From a virus (Duplodnaviria; Caudoviricetes): a stretch of DNA of 57,765 nt. Below, one piece after another: positions 37,625-47,204 of the stretch (position 1 is the stretch's first letter; each line of letters opens with the position of its first letter). Made by a program: the position numbers and the translations under genes. Below the pieces are notes generated by a model. It was not told the DNA's origin and searched no databases. It worked only from the letters and a program-made list of their open reading frames with translations. The stretch is from IMG/VR virus record IMGVR_UViG_3300047481_002095, positions 1-57,765 of that record; one strand, written 5' to 3'.

Positions 37625-37636
37625 GACTTATAAAAA

Positions 37637-37921
37637 ATGGCTTGTAAGGTAGAGCTTCGTGATCTTCCCCATAATCCTAGTTGGTATGAAAGGGAAGTAG
37701 CATTTAAGAAAATGTTTACGGCATTCAAAAAGGCAGTTGCCGAAGCTGGCATTCTTCATGAATTCAAGAAAAGGGAATACTACGAAACTCCCGGTGAAGA
37801 AAAGAGAAGAAAAAAGAGAGAATCTGAAAATGTTCGCATGAAGGAAAAGTTGCGTGAAAACTTTCCTGAAAGGCGAAGGGCCAAGAAAGTAGAAAAGAAA
37901 GACAAGAAAAAAGGTGAATAA
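37637..37921 (+). CDS. rpsU: Ribosomal protein bS21
   Basis: FKKAVAEAGILHEFKKREYYETPGEEKRRKK. Confidence 0.85.
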   Translation: MACKVELRDLPHNPSWYEREVAFKKMFTAFKKAVAEAGILHEFKKREYYETPGEEKRRKKRESENVRMKEKLRENFPERRRAKKVEKKDKKKGE

Positions 37922-38181
37922 TGCCAACAAAAAAACCAAAGATCATGAGCCTTGCAGTTGACTTGGATATCCAAGATAAAATGAAGGCTGTTGCTAAAAA
38001 GAGAAACATAAGTGTTTCAAAACTTATTCGTGATATGGTCGAAAAAAACCTTCCAAATGTAGATGAGGAAGTTGATATTGTTGTTTTCAAAGTGCCATTT
38101 TCTCAAAAAACAAGTTCAGAAGGTTTGAGAAATTGGCTTTTGCCTCGCATGGAAGCAGTTGTCAAAGCTCTTACAACATGA
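37921..38181 (+). CDS. Ribbon-helix-helix (CopG-like) DNA-binding protein
   Basis: IMSLAVD...MKAVAKKRNISVSKLIRDMV. Confidence 0.7.
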   Translation: MPTKKPKIMSLAVDLDIQDKMKAVAKKRNISVSKLIRDMVEKNLPNVDEEVDIVVFKVPFSQKTSSEGLRNWLLPRMEAVVKALTT

Positions 38182-38675
38182 AATTCAAAGAACCAATAAA
38201 TCTTGTTCCTGTTCAGGATATTCCAAAGGCACAGGATGTGCCTCTTGATAATCTCATGGATATATTCAGGCTTTGTAACAAGTTGGAGGTTATCTGTGAA
38301 AAAAATAATGGAATAGGCTTATCTGCTGTACAGGTAGGAATACCATGGAAATTGTTTATCATCAAAAGAAACAGACATTATGAGTATTATGTAAATTGTG
38401 ATTACGAAGGTAGTGGCGAAAAGCTGAAATCCCTTGAGGGATGCTTGTCAATTAAAAAAGAAAATAATGAATATCGTAGGTTTGAAGTTGAAAGGTATTC
38501 ACTTGTAAAGATTACAGGAAAACAACTAATTGTTTCTGGTACTCCATCACTAATTTTACAAGATGTTAACACAACTGAAAAAGAATTATATTCAATTGTT
38601 TTTCAGCATGAAATAGATCATAGTAGAGACATACTCATTTCAACAATAGGTCGTGAAATTGAAATTTTGGAGTAG
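38178..38675 (+). CDS. def: Peptide deformylase
   Basis: GIGLSAVQVG, EGCLS, QHEIDH. Confidence 0.92.
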   Translation: MKFKEPINLVPVQDIPKAQDVPLDNLMDIFRLCNKLEVICEKNNGIGLSAVQVGIPWKLFIIKRNRHYEYYVNCDYEGSGEKLKSLEGCLSIKKENNEYRRFEVERYSLVKITGKQLIVSGTPSLILQDVNTTEKELYSIVFQHEIDHSRDILISTIGREIEILE

Positions 38676-38957
38676 ATGATGCTAAGTCTCAAACAATTAA
38701 AAGATGTTTGTTTGGTAAACAATAACACTTATCGTCGCTGTCGTTATCTTTGCCAAGATGATATAGACCCCCAAAAGTTTTATTGTATGAAAATGTCTGC
38801 AAAAGCTAAAAGTATTGATCATGAAATACAAAGCTATGTTGACTTAATGAAACTAAAAGGCAAAGACCCAACTAGGGATAATTTGCCTCTAGGAGACAAT
38901 TGTCAGGGATATCCTTTGCTAAGGCATCTTGAGCAAGGTTATGATGTCAAAGATTAA
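38676..38957 (+). CDS. Hypothetical Cys-containing protein
   Basis: 93-aa ORF with RBS. Confidence 0.5.
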   Translation: MMLSLKQLKDVCLVNNNTYRRCRYLCQDDIDPQKFYCMKMSAKAKSIDHEIQSYVDLMKLKGKDPTRDNLPLGDNCQGYPLLRHLEQGYDVKD

Positions 38958-39442
38958 CTTTGCAGTCTTTTTTTAATTAATTCGTAGATTTCTTGTGATG
39001 TCCCTGTTTCAGCAGAAGATTGTATGAGTTCTGATTCCAATTTAGCATTATTGAAACGAGCTATTTCTCTTGCCATAAGTTGGTTAGTTTTTTCGCTTTT
39101 AATCGCTCTGTCTCTATAATAAAATAAAAACATCCCAATCACAACAATAGAAAAAATGAATATGAGAGCGCCATCTCCTTGAATTATTTGGATTCCTGTG
39201 TTCTCATTTCTGGAAACAGCAGCATTAATGTTGAGTAGTCCGCTTTGTATTTCTTTAAGTTTACTGTTTTGTGCAGAAATTTCTTGTCTAACTTGCCCAA
39301 GTTCAACCATAAGCCCATTTTGATTGTTTTTTATATCCTCTATTTTACCATTTTGATTTTGAATTCTTGGTTTGTTAAGAGGATTGAAATTGGCGCATCC
39401 AGTCAAAAATAATAATATGAATAATATGGTGAATTTGTACAT
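38954..39442 (-). CDS. Lipoprotein with coiled coil and second TM segment
   Basis: Lipobox LFLTGC; C-terminal hydrophobic helix. Confidence 0.6.
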   Translation of the reverse strand: MYKFTILFILLFLTGCANFNPLNKPRIQNQNGKIEDIKNNQNGLMVELGQVRQEISAQNSKLKEIQSGLLNINAAVSRNENTGIQIIQGDGALIFIFSIVVIGMFLFYYRDRAIKSEKTNQLMAREIARFNNAKLESELIQSSAETGTSQEIYELIKKRLQS

Positions 39443-39557
39443 TTTGCCTCAATATATCTATGGTTATCAATAATTTTTTTGTAAAAGGATATGGCACTTA
39501 AAAAGGCTTTTCACTATAGTTGTCTCAGGTACTTATTTTTATGCTGGAGGATTCGGC

Positions 39558-40001
39558 GTGACGAATTCGAGGGTTGAATTTTATGACGATGAATTTGATC
39601 ATGAAGAATCACTTTCCTTGTCAGAAAGTGAAGCAATAGCAGAGGAATTCAAAAACAATGCAAAAGCCTTAGTGCTAAAGCATATTTGTAATTATTTTCA
39701 AAACAAGTCTCTTCACACAGGCGGTAAAATTCCAACACAGATTCTAAAGACTGAGAAAAGAATTTCACTCGTATTAAACTCAGATATGTGTACTGGTATT
39801 GATCGTGCCTATGCAGCATTGGAAAGTTCTTGTCCTTCTGTTGTACAAACAAAAAAAGTTAAAGAACAAATTCCTGTACATTATGAGCAAGTGAAAACTG
39901 TTTTGGATAATATTTGCAAGAGTCGTATTCCTAAGGAATTTGCTGGTGGCATTTTATGTTTGCATCTTGAGTTAGTGGACGGAGTTGTATTTGAGTCGTG
40001 A
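39558..40001 (+). CDS. Hypothetical protein
   Basis: GGAGG RBS, GTG start. Confidence 0.55.
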   Translation: MTNSRVEFYDDEFDHEESLSLSESEAIAEEFKNNAKALVLKHICNYFQNKSLHTGGKIPTQILKTEKRISLVLNSDMCTGIDRAYAALESSCPSVVQTKKVKEQIPVHYEQVKTVLDNICKSRIPKEFAGGILCLHLELVDGVVFES

Positions 40002-40305
40002 CTTAATTTTATTGTCTAGGCACTTTGAGGTATTTCAAGTGCCCAAAGAAAAGAAGTACCTCTTGAAATACTTTGATACGCCCATACAAGAGGCGTTTTT
40101 GAAGTATTTCATGGTTTTTCAAGAATATAAAAATTTTACGGATCACACAGGATTGGCAGTACAACCTCATTATCTTAAAAGTTTGTTTGATAAATTACAG
40201 ATTATTGAAAAAGCACATAAAGAAGCAAAATCGAATTTGGATATGGCTGGTGTCTTGCAAATCGAAAAAGGTAAGTTTAAATTCAATAAACATAGAACTA
40301 AATAG
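39985..40305 (+). CDS. Hypothetical protein
   Basis: 106-aa ORF. Confidence 0.5.
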   Translation: MYLSRDLILLSRHFEVFQVPKEKKYLLKYFDTPIQEAFLKYFMVFQEYKNFTDHTGLAVQPHYLKSLFDKLQIIEKAHKEAKSNLDMAGVLQIEKGKFKFNKHRTK

Positions 40306-40308
40306 TGC

Positions 40309-40530
40309 ATGGCACTAATATCATTTAAAGATTGGCGAAAAAAAATAGATGAGGCAAGTCCAACCACCCGATTGAGGGCTGGCATCATGATGGGAAATTA
40401 TCCCATGAGTGCTGGAGTTGCTATGTCTCGATCAACTCCTAGTCCTGCTTTTGTTGAAAAAGCTGTTAAAGAATTAGGATCACCAGATAAGCCAAAAAAG
40501 AAAAAAAGAAGAAAGAAAAAAAGAAAATGA
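40309..40530 (+). CDS. Small basic-tailed protein with capsid-targeting-like N-terminus
   Basis: MALISFKDWRKKIDEA; KKKKRRKKKRK tail; CTAAATA upstream. Confidence 0.6.
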   Translation: MALISFKDWRKKIDEASPTTRLRAGIMMGNYPMSAGVAMSRSTPSPAFVEKAVKELGSPDKPKKKKRRKKKRK

Positions 40531-41018
40531 TATCATTTGATGAATGGATGCTTCTTAAAGTAAATGAGGCAAAAGGAAAGACTCGTCCTGTTCCTGTTGC
40601 CCACAGAGACATTGAAAAATGGTTAAGGTCATTAGAATTATTGAAGCGTGATTTGGAAGACTTTGAAAAAGCAAAGAAACAAGCTGCACAAAAGTTGGCA
40701 AATATTGTAAAATTTGATCGTAAAAAAGACAAAGAAGAAGAGTCTGATAAGAAGAAAAAGGATGATGATAAATTAGCGAAAAGTGATGAAAAGAAAAAGG
40801 ATAATGATAAACCAGCGAAAAGTGATGAAAAGAAAAAGGATGATGATAAACCAGCGAAAAGTGATGAAAAGAAAAAGGATGATGATAAACCATTGAAAAG
40901 TGATGAAAAGAAAAAACCAGAAAAGAAAGATGATAAAGAAAAAGATTCTGACAAAAACGATAAGAGTCAAATTACAAAAAAGAAAAAAAATAAAAAGACT
41001 GATAAGAAGCCTTTATAG
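40527..41018 (+). CDS. Lys/Asp-rich repeat protein with capsid-targeting-like N-terminus
   Basis: MISFDEWMLLKVNEA; KSDEKKKDDDKPA repeats. Confidence 0.6.
   Translation: MISFDEWMLLKVNEAKGKTRPVPVAHRDIEKWLRSLELLKRDLEDFEKAKKQAAQKLANIVKFDRKKDKEEESDKKKKDDDKLAKSDEKKKDNDKPAKSDEKKKDDDKPAKSDEKKKDDDKPLKSDEKKKPEKKDDKEKDSDKNDKSQITKKKKNKKTDKKPL
40741..40917 (+). repeat. 39-bp coding tandem repeat, about 4.5 copies
   Basis: AAAAGTGATGAAAAGAAAAAGGATGATGATAAACCAGCG units, head to tail. Confidence 0.9.
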
Positions 41019-41063
41019 GTTTTTGAGCGCACTTTCTCTTATAATTAAGCAGAGAGGTGTGTT

Positions 41064-41513
41064 ATGAGCGAAACATCACAACAAACAAACGCTGATGACG
41101 CAGCAAAACTACAAAATAAAATAATTAGAGAAGTTCACAATAGTCTTGTTGTGAATATGGTAAATTCTGAAACTTATGTTATTGCCGTTGCTGTTTGCAA
41201 GGATGGCACAAAAAACTTTATAAATCGAATAAGTTGTAAAAAAGGCATACCAATTGAGGGCTACATTTATGACGCACAATCAGATTGTTATTTCATAGAA
41301 TGTAGTGATTATTTACATATTGGAAACATATCTGTTTCATTTGTTGCATCTTCTAAAAGTAGAAATTGTTGGAAAATTAATGTTCCTTTGCCAGAAAATG
41401 TCATAAAAAAGTATTTGTCTGAAACACAAAAGAAAGACCTTAAAAATTTCAAGGCTCATTTCAATAATGATGAATACACAATAAACTACATACAAATGGT
41501 TGCCCCGAATTGA
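41064..41513 (+). CDS. Hypothetical protein
   Basis: GAGG RBS, 149 aa. Confidence 0.55.
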   Translation: MSETSQQTNADDAAKLQNKIIREVHNSLVVNMVNSETYVIAVAVCKDGTKNFINRISCKKGIPIEGYIYDAQSDCYFIECSDYLHIGNISVSFVASSKSRNCWKINVPLPENVIKKYLSETQKKDLKNFKAHFNNDEYTINYIQMVAPN

Positions 41514-41956
41514 AATTAACCAAAGATAAGTTTTGGCATGATGTGGATGCTCATGATTATTGGATGGGCATGGCATTCATGTTTGCATCTAAATCAAAAG
41601 TAAAAAATGCAACATTGCTTGTTGAAAATGGAGATAAATTAATTTCTTATGGTCTTGAAAATCCTTTTACTATTACTTCTAGTTCCACATATATGGTTCC
41701 AAGTCAAATTAGAGCAATCTTAAATTGTAATGTTGAACATTATAATACAACCATGTACTGCACATCTCCTCCTACTATGGAATCAGTTTATACAATAGTG
41801 GCAAAAAATTCCATAAAACAAGTTGTATTCTATCCTTGCAAAGAATGTGATCAAGATGTTATTGATGTTTTTCTTTCTGTATTTTGTGAAATAAATGCTT
41901 ATAAATGCAATTTGAATTGGATGAGGGATTATTTTGATACAATAGAACATAAATAG
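41510..41956 (+). CDS. dCMP-deaminase-fold protein lacking zinc ligands
   Basis: DYWMGMAFMFASKS...LISYG.N...TMYCT.PP...IKQVVF; HAE and PCxxC are replaced. Confidence 0.55.
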   Translation: MKLTKDKFWHDVDAHDYWMGMAFMFASKSKVKNATLLVENGDKLISYGLENPFTITSSSTYMVPSQIRAILNCNVEHYNTTMYCTSPPTMESVYTIVAKNSIKQVVFYPCKECDQDVIDVFLSVFCEINAYKCNLNWMRDYFDTIEHK

Positions 41957-41960
41957 CTTT

Positions 41961-42782
41961 ATGGCTTGTTCATCTACAGGAATTGGTTGCACCACACCAC
42001 CATCTGGTTGTCCTGATCAATATGGTTGCATAAGTGGCAAATGCCCTGACTTTACTATCAGGAGACATGATACTAAACCAGCATTCAAAGTCAAAGTTGA
42101 GGACTGCGATGGCCCACTTGATTTGACAGGTCTTGTTTTGGAAGCAACTATGTGGGCGAAAGGCAAACTCAAGGTTTCATTGGATCAAGATGATACTGTT
42201 TTGGCTTTTGCAGACAATATAGGATTCAATCAAATCATGCAAGGTGATGTTTTGATTATGGATCAGGCGAGGTTGCCTGAAAAGATGCTTGTTGTTGGTT
42301 TTGATGAAATCAACAGGCTTGTTCATGTGCAAAGAGGATATCACGGAACATTTGTGCAAAACTGGAAAAAAGGCACACCAGTCAAAATTATAAAGTTTTC
42401 AAATGCAACAGCCACAACTGAAATGATTTACCAAGACATAATAAACATAGATGGAAGTACAACAGAAGATGTTTTGACTGAAAGTTTTTTGGTTTATGAG
42501 TGGCAAAATAATGATACTTGTTTGCCCGGTTGTTATTACTTAGAATTTAAGTTGATGAAAATGCTTGTAATGGGTGTTTCAATGCAATCGACTGTTCCAA
42601 GTAATCAAATACCTAGCAACTTGCTTCCTGATGGCGTTATTCCCAGCTTTACAGAAACATCATTTACTCCATCTACATTTGGTTGTGGTTTGGGATCAGA
42701 AATTGATTGGATAAGAAGGTTTCCAGTTGATAAAGAAGGTTTTTACTTGAAAATTGTTGATACAATTACAATAAATGATTGA
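41961..42782 (+). CDS. Probable virion structural (baseplate/tail-like) protein
   Basis: FTIRRHDTKP...LDLTG...YEWQ.NDT..PG.Y.LEF pattern; late-type box upstream. Confidence 0.5.
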   Translation: MACSSTGIGCTTPPSGCPDQYGCISGKCPDFTIRRHDTKPAFKVKVEDCDGPLDLTGLVLEATMWAKGKLKVSLDQDDTVLAFADNIGFNQIMQGDVLIMDQARLPEKMLVVGFDEINRLVHVQRGYHGTFVQNWKKGTPVKIIKFSNATATTEMIYQDIINIDGSTTEDVLTESFLVYEWQNNDTCLPGCYYLEFKLMKMLVMGVSMQSTVPSNQIPSNLLPDGVIPSFTETSFTPSTFGCGLGSEIDWIRRFPVDKEGFYLKIVDTITIND

Positions 42783-42839
42783 CTTGTGTTTCTAGGATTG
42801 GTACTTTTGTTTAACTACATTGAGGTGCGAATTTAAAAG

Positions 42840-43391
42840 ATGAATATGAATACTGGAAGGTTTCAAAAAGATCGTCGTGAAGATCAAACAAGAGTTAATT
42901 GGCAAATAAAGTCCCCACAAGTAAGAGTTGTTCGTGATGAGGAACAATTAGGCGTATTGCCAATAGATCAAGCAAGAAAGTTGGCTATGGATCAAGGCTT
43001 AGACCTTGTTGAAATTGCGCCAACAGCAAAGCCCCCTGTTTGTAGAATCATGGATTATGGAAGATTCAAGTACGAACAAAATATCAAGAAAAAGGATGCT
43101 GCCAAAAAACAAAAGGAATCACAAGTACAAGTCAAAGAAATTAGGCTAAGGCCAGCCATTCAAGATCATGATATTGAAACCAAGGTAAACCAAGCCAAAA
43201 AGTTTATTGAAGACAAAAGCAAAGTTCAATTCAATCTTTTATTTAAGGGCTTTCGTGAACTTGGACATAAAGAGCAGGGCTTCATGGTTATGCAAAAGAT
43301 TTTGAAGAGCATGGAGGATTTTGCAACTGTAGAGAAAATGCCTGTTTTGGAAGGCAATCGCATAACCTGTTCTTTCACACCCAAAGAGTGA
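42840..43391 (+). CDS. infC: Translation initiation factor IF-3
   Basis: LDLVEIAPTAKPPVCRIMDYGRFKYE, VKEIRLRPAI..HD. Confidence 0.95.
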   Translation: MNMNTGRFQKDRREDQTRVNWQIKSPQVRVVRDEEQLGVLPIDQARKLAMDQGLDLVEIAPTAKPPVCRIMDYGRFKYEQNIKKKDAAKKQKESQVQVKEIRLRPAIQDHDIETKVNQAKKFIEDKSKVQFNLLFKGFRELGHKEQGFMVMQKILKSMEDFATVEKMPVLEGNRITCSFTPKE

Positions 43392-44605
43392 CGGATGTCA
43401 TCATGTCAGAAATACTGAAACAAAAAGTTTATGAATTACAGAATGAATTTAATCGTCGTTTGAATTACACATATCATTCTCCGTCATCAACAACAACTCC
43501 TGTATTGCTTCAAATACTGCATGATTCAAGTCAGGAACTTCTTGAATTTGCTTTTGGAAACTTTGGCAAAAATTTAAGCGAGTTGACCCATGTTCTAGAC
43601 ATGATGCATCCAGACCTTGTCAATATATTCGATGGCAATTTTTCCGATGAAAATCAATTCTCAAAAGTTTGTATTCAATTTCTAGCGATGGCTGAATACG
43701 CCAAAAACAATGATTTGAATCATGTCTTTCCATTGCTTGGAACATTGCTTATCAAAGATTCTTTGGACAAGAATGTTGCCAAAAAAATTGAGTGCGCCAA
43801 TTACAGTAAATCCTATGTAAGGATGATTAATGATGATAATGTAAGAGAGCAAATTCGTTTTTCCAAAAAAATGCAAGTTATTGACTTGCAAACTTTTTAC
43901 AAGAAAGGCGAAGAGTCATGGAATGCACAACCTGATAACTTCAAGACTTTTATTCGTTATGATTCTGCTTATATGCATGAATTGAAACAAGCAGAAAAGA
44001 AAATGAAAAGGTATCAGGAATTAGGTTGCCAAAGTTTGGCATCTGAAATAGCCAAAAGCATTGAGTCTTTTAAAGAAAATATGGAACAGACTTATTATGG
44101 TTTCAATCGCATAACCATGACAAATGCTGCTATAATCTTGGCCAAGTCCATGGGCTATAAGTACAATCCATCATATGCCTTGACTGCTGGCAACTACTCC
44201 ATGTCAACAGAACCACAAGTGATGATTGAAAGAACATTTTTCAAGGATTATTACTTTGATGTTTCAAATGTGGTAGAAGCAGTATACAGATATGAGCCGA
44301 AAGTTTATCCTTATCATGAACTGAAAAGCGTTGCGTCTGATGAAGTGTTGAATACTATCAAGACTCTTGAAAGTTTTCCCGAAGCTAACAACAAGCCTAT
44401 ATTTGATCACTTTGGAGTTATAGTTCCAAGTATCAATTACAGGGGAACGATGTTTAAAAGTATTTCTGGAATATTGCAAGATCATGTTAGCAATGAATTG
44501 TGTTGTAAAGAATTAGACAAGGTACTAATTAAAAACAAATATTATTATCCGATTATTATTGGTGAGAAAGATGGAAAATGCTTTTTCATTTGCTATTGGA
44601 CTTAA
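43388..44605 (+). CDS. Hypothetical protein
   Basis: 405-aa ORF ending PIIIGEKDGKCFFICYW. Confidence 0.55.
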   Translation: MTDVIMSEILKQKVYELQNEFNRRLNYTYHSPSSTTTPVLLQILHDSSQELLEFAFGNFGKNLSELTHVLDMMHPDLVNIFDGNFSDENQFSKVCIQFLAMAEYAKNNDLNHVFPLLGTLLIKDSLDKNVAKKIECANYSKSYVRMINDDNVREQIRFSKKMQVIDLQTFYKKGEESWNAQPDNFKTFIRYDSAYMHELKQAEKKMKRYQELGCQSLASEIAKSIESFKENMEQTYYGFNRITMTNAAIILAKSMGYKYNPSYALTAGNYSMSTEPQVMIERTFFKDYYFDVSNVVEAVYRYEPKVYPYHELKSVASDEVLNTIKTLESFPEANNKPIFDHFGVIVPSINYRGTMFKSISGILQDHVSNELCCKELDKVLIKNKYYYPIIIGEKDGKCFFICYWT

Positions 44606-44617
44606 AAGGAAAACAAA

Positions 44618-44869
44618 ATGACATATAATCTCACGAAACAACAACTGCTTGAATTTGCAAACTTAGTGTATGAGCAATCTGTGAATGGCTACATGGACTT
44701 GAAGGAAAGTTCATGTGAGGGTCTTGTTGCAAATTTTCTTTCTGACAAAAAAAGTTCTGCAAGCAATACTCATTTATCGCTGACAACAAATTCCGTCACA
44801 ACTTCGGAAATTTTTACATCTGATGTATTCACGATATCTGACGGAATGAGTATAAACCAGAACCGCTAG
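44618..44869 (+). CDS. Hypothetical protein
   Basis: AGGA RBS, 83 aa. Confidence 0.5.
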   Translation: MTYNLTKQQLLEFANLVYEQSVNGYMDLKESSCEGLVANFLSDKKSSASNTHLSLTTNSVTTSEIFTSDVFTISDGMSINQNR

Positions 44870-44890
44870 GTTTTTGTAGGAAAGGCGAAA

Positions 44891-45247
44891 ATGTCGAAAA
44901 ATAAAATTCTGACTCCTCTTGGTACAGAGTATACAAACTCATCACCAGTACCTAAGGTCAAGGGCGTAAGGCCTTGTGGCGCTCAAGTTTTGATTGAGTT
45001 TTTGACTTCTCAGGAAATGCTAGGAACATCTCTTGTTGTTAATGACAAGACTGATCTGAAGGTTCCATTGCAGGGTTATGTTCGTGCTACTGGCCCCAAC
45101 TTCAAGTCATCGGATTATGGTTTTGATGTTGGTGATCGTGTAACTGTTTCTGGTGCAGGAATCCATGTTCCAAATTGGGATGGAATAGCCCGTGATCGCT
45201 TCCTTATGGAGCCATCATCCGTGAAAGGCGTTATTGTTGAAGAATGA
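44891..45247 (+). CDS. groS: GroES/Cpn10-like co-chaperonin
   Basis: VRPCGAQVLI...QGYVRATGP...FDVGDRV; adjacent to dnaJ. Confidence 0.65.
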   Translation: MSKNKILTPLGTEYTNSSPVPKVKGVRPCGAQVLIEFLTSQEMLGTSLVVNDKTDLKVPLQGYVRATGPNFKSSDYGFDVGDRVTVSGAGIHVPNWDGIARDRFLMEPSSVKGVIVEE

Positions 45248-46308
45248 AAGACTTCTACGCTATTCTTGGCGTTCAGAAAAATGCTTCCAAGGATGAAATT
45301 GTTAAAGCCTATAGAAAAGGCGCACAGCAGCATCACCCTGATAGGAACCCCGGTGATGCTGAATCTGAAAAGAGATTCAGGGAAATCCAAGAAGCATATG
45401 ATACTCTAAGCGATCCCAATAAAAGAGCGGATTATGACATGGGTGGTCACACCATGCAATTCCGCACTAGAAATGGATTTCAAGGAAATCCATTTTCTTC
45501 TTTTGGTGATATGGGAGACTTCTTTTCTAATAGTTCATACAGAGGTCGCAATCTAACAATCAAACAAGAAATAGAACTAGAAGAAGCATATCAAGGATGT
45601 TCAAAAGAAATTTCAATCAAGATCAAGAATACTTGCACTACTTGCAAAGGTTTGGGACAAGTTAGCAAAGAAGATTGTGCTAATTGCAATGGGCAAGGAT
45701 TTGTCAAGACATTCAATGCTCCTTTTGAGTTTAGAACAAATTGTAGCGTATGTCATGGCTTGGGAAAAATAAATCCAATTCCATGCAATGACTGCAATCA
45801 AACAGGTTTCTTGGCTGGATACAAAGAGAAAAAAATCAAGATAGAAATTCCATGTGGAATTGACAATGGAATAAATATCAAGTTTACCGGAGAAGGAGAA
45901 GAATCAATAAGAGGTGGAAGGTCTGGTGACTTAGTTGTTCATATTCTCATTCGTGACCATCCAATTTACACAAGAGAAGGAATTGATTTGTTTGTGGATG
46001 TTCCTATGTCATATTCGCAAATGGTATTGGGATGCGATATTGATGTTCCAACAATAAGCAAGGAAATAGTGACCATCAAAATACCAGAAGGAACACAAAC
46101 TCATACTAAGTTCAAGGTCAGAGGAAAGGGAATGATGCTTCCAAATGGAATTTTGGGAGATATGTTTGTAACAGTAAAACTTGAAATACCAAAGAAAATA
46201 TCCGAAGATTACAAGGAATCAATCAAAAAGCTGATGGTTCATGAAATGGGCAATCTTGGCTTCAAAAGAGAACAATGGATCAAAAATATAAAAGAAAAAT
46301 CTAAATAA
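45244..46308 (+). CDS. dnaJ: Chaperone DnaJ
   Basis: J domain HPDRNPGD, four CxxCxGxG-type repeats, C-terminal domain. Confidence 0.95.
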   Translation: MKDFYAILGVQKNASKDEIVKAYRKGAQQHHPDRNPGDAESEKRFREIQEAYDTLSDPNKRADYDMGGHTMQFRTRNGFQGNPFSSFGDMGDFFSNSSYRGRNLTIKQEIELEEAYQGCSKEISIKIKNTCTTCKGLGQVSKEDCANCNGQGFVKTFNAPFEFRTNCSVCHGLGKINPIPCNDCNQTGFLAGYKEKKIKIEIPCGIDNGINIKFTGEGEESIRGGRSGDLVVHILIRDHPIYTREGIDLFVDVPMSYSQMVLGCDIDVPTISKEIVTIKIPEGTQTHTKFKVRGKGMMLPNGILGDMFVTVKLEIPKKISEDYKESIKKLMVHEMGNLGFKREQWIKNIKEKSK

Positions 46309-46315
46309 AAAAGAG

Positions 46316-46528
46316 GTGATCATGAATAACACATTGAATAACAAGTTCTTTTGGATCGTGGCTGGACTTACTGGAGCAATGCTTGTTATTGGGATTGGTG
46401 GCAAGATTTTTGTGGACAAGGTCGCAGATGTTGTTATCAGCAAACTTAAAAAGGAATATAGCCCATCTCCCTACGGGCCGGGCCTTGATCCTGACAAAAT
46501 TGATGTCAATAAAATTAAAGGCTTTTAA
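46316..46528 (+). CDS. Small single-pass membrane protein
   Basis: TM helix, then YSPSPYGPGLDPDK. Confidence 0.55.
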   Translation: MIMNNTLNNKFFWIVAGLTGAMLVIGIGGKIFVDKVADVVISKLKKEYSPSPYGPGLDPDKIDVNKIKGF

Positions 46529-46872
46529 TCAACTTCGCAACTTTTTATTTGTGATGGATAAGGACTGCCATCTGTTGGCAGTCTTATCATTTTTACAGTC
46601 ATGACCTTCCCAACTAATGGCTCAGGGTTTATTCTTCTAAACTCGTCATGTGTAAAATATAGTTTTGTGCCATCTTTTAACTGTATGTGTATTGGATTTT
46701 TCTTCTTGATTATAATTTGAATTGGAGACTTTTTTGTGACCAATGGCAAATCCAATTCAAGATTTGGAAGAACTATAGATTTGGCCCATGAAAAGTTTTC
46801 GTCCACGGCTATTGCACCATGAAACTCAACTAAGTCACATAAATTGACAAATTCAGAAAAATTGCTGGTCAT
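46525..46872 (-). CDS. Hypothetical protein with capsid-targeting-like N-terminus
   Basis: MTSNFSEFV; CTAAATA box upstream. Confidence 0.55.
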   Translation of the reverse strand: MTSNFSEFVNLCDLVEFHGAIAVDENFSWAKSIVLPNLELDLPLVTKKSPIQIIIKKKNPIHIQLKDGTKLYFTHDEFRRINPEPLVGKVMTVKMIRLPTDGSPYPSQIKSCEVD

Positions 46873-46892
46873 TATTACTTATTTAGTTGTAC

Positions 46893-47204
46893 ATGGAAAG
46901 AAAATATAAAATCACATCTTCTTCTCACATTATCACAATGATAGTGAATTTTGAGGATGAAAGTGGAACATCGCACAATATGTCAGTTGGCGTTGATTAT
47001 CTGATGAACAAAGTTTACTTTCTCGACAAATCAAATTCAGATTTGGACTACGATAGTTTAGAAAAGGAAATATTGATAAGCCTTAGGCCAGAAGAAGTGG
47101 TAGTTCCAGAAATTCCAAGCACACTTATGAATCGTGTCAAGGAAGTAAGACAAGGCAAATTTGACAACGAATATTTTTACAATAAGGACATCTATGGGAA
47201 ATAG
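46893..47204 (+). CDS. Hypothetical protein
   Basis: ORF in a co-directional run. Confidence 0.5.
   Translation: MERKYKITSSSHIITMIVNFEDESGTSHNMSVGVDYLMNKVYFLDKSNSDLDYDSLEKEILISLRPEEVVVPEIPSTLMNRVKEVRQGKFDNEYFYNKDIYGK

Noticed and set aside
40741-40917. 39-bp repeats as a CRISPR array
   Set aside because: No spacers, no hairpin, and in-frame 13-aa coding repeats
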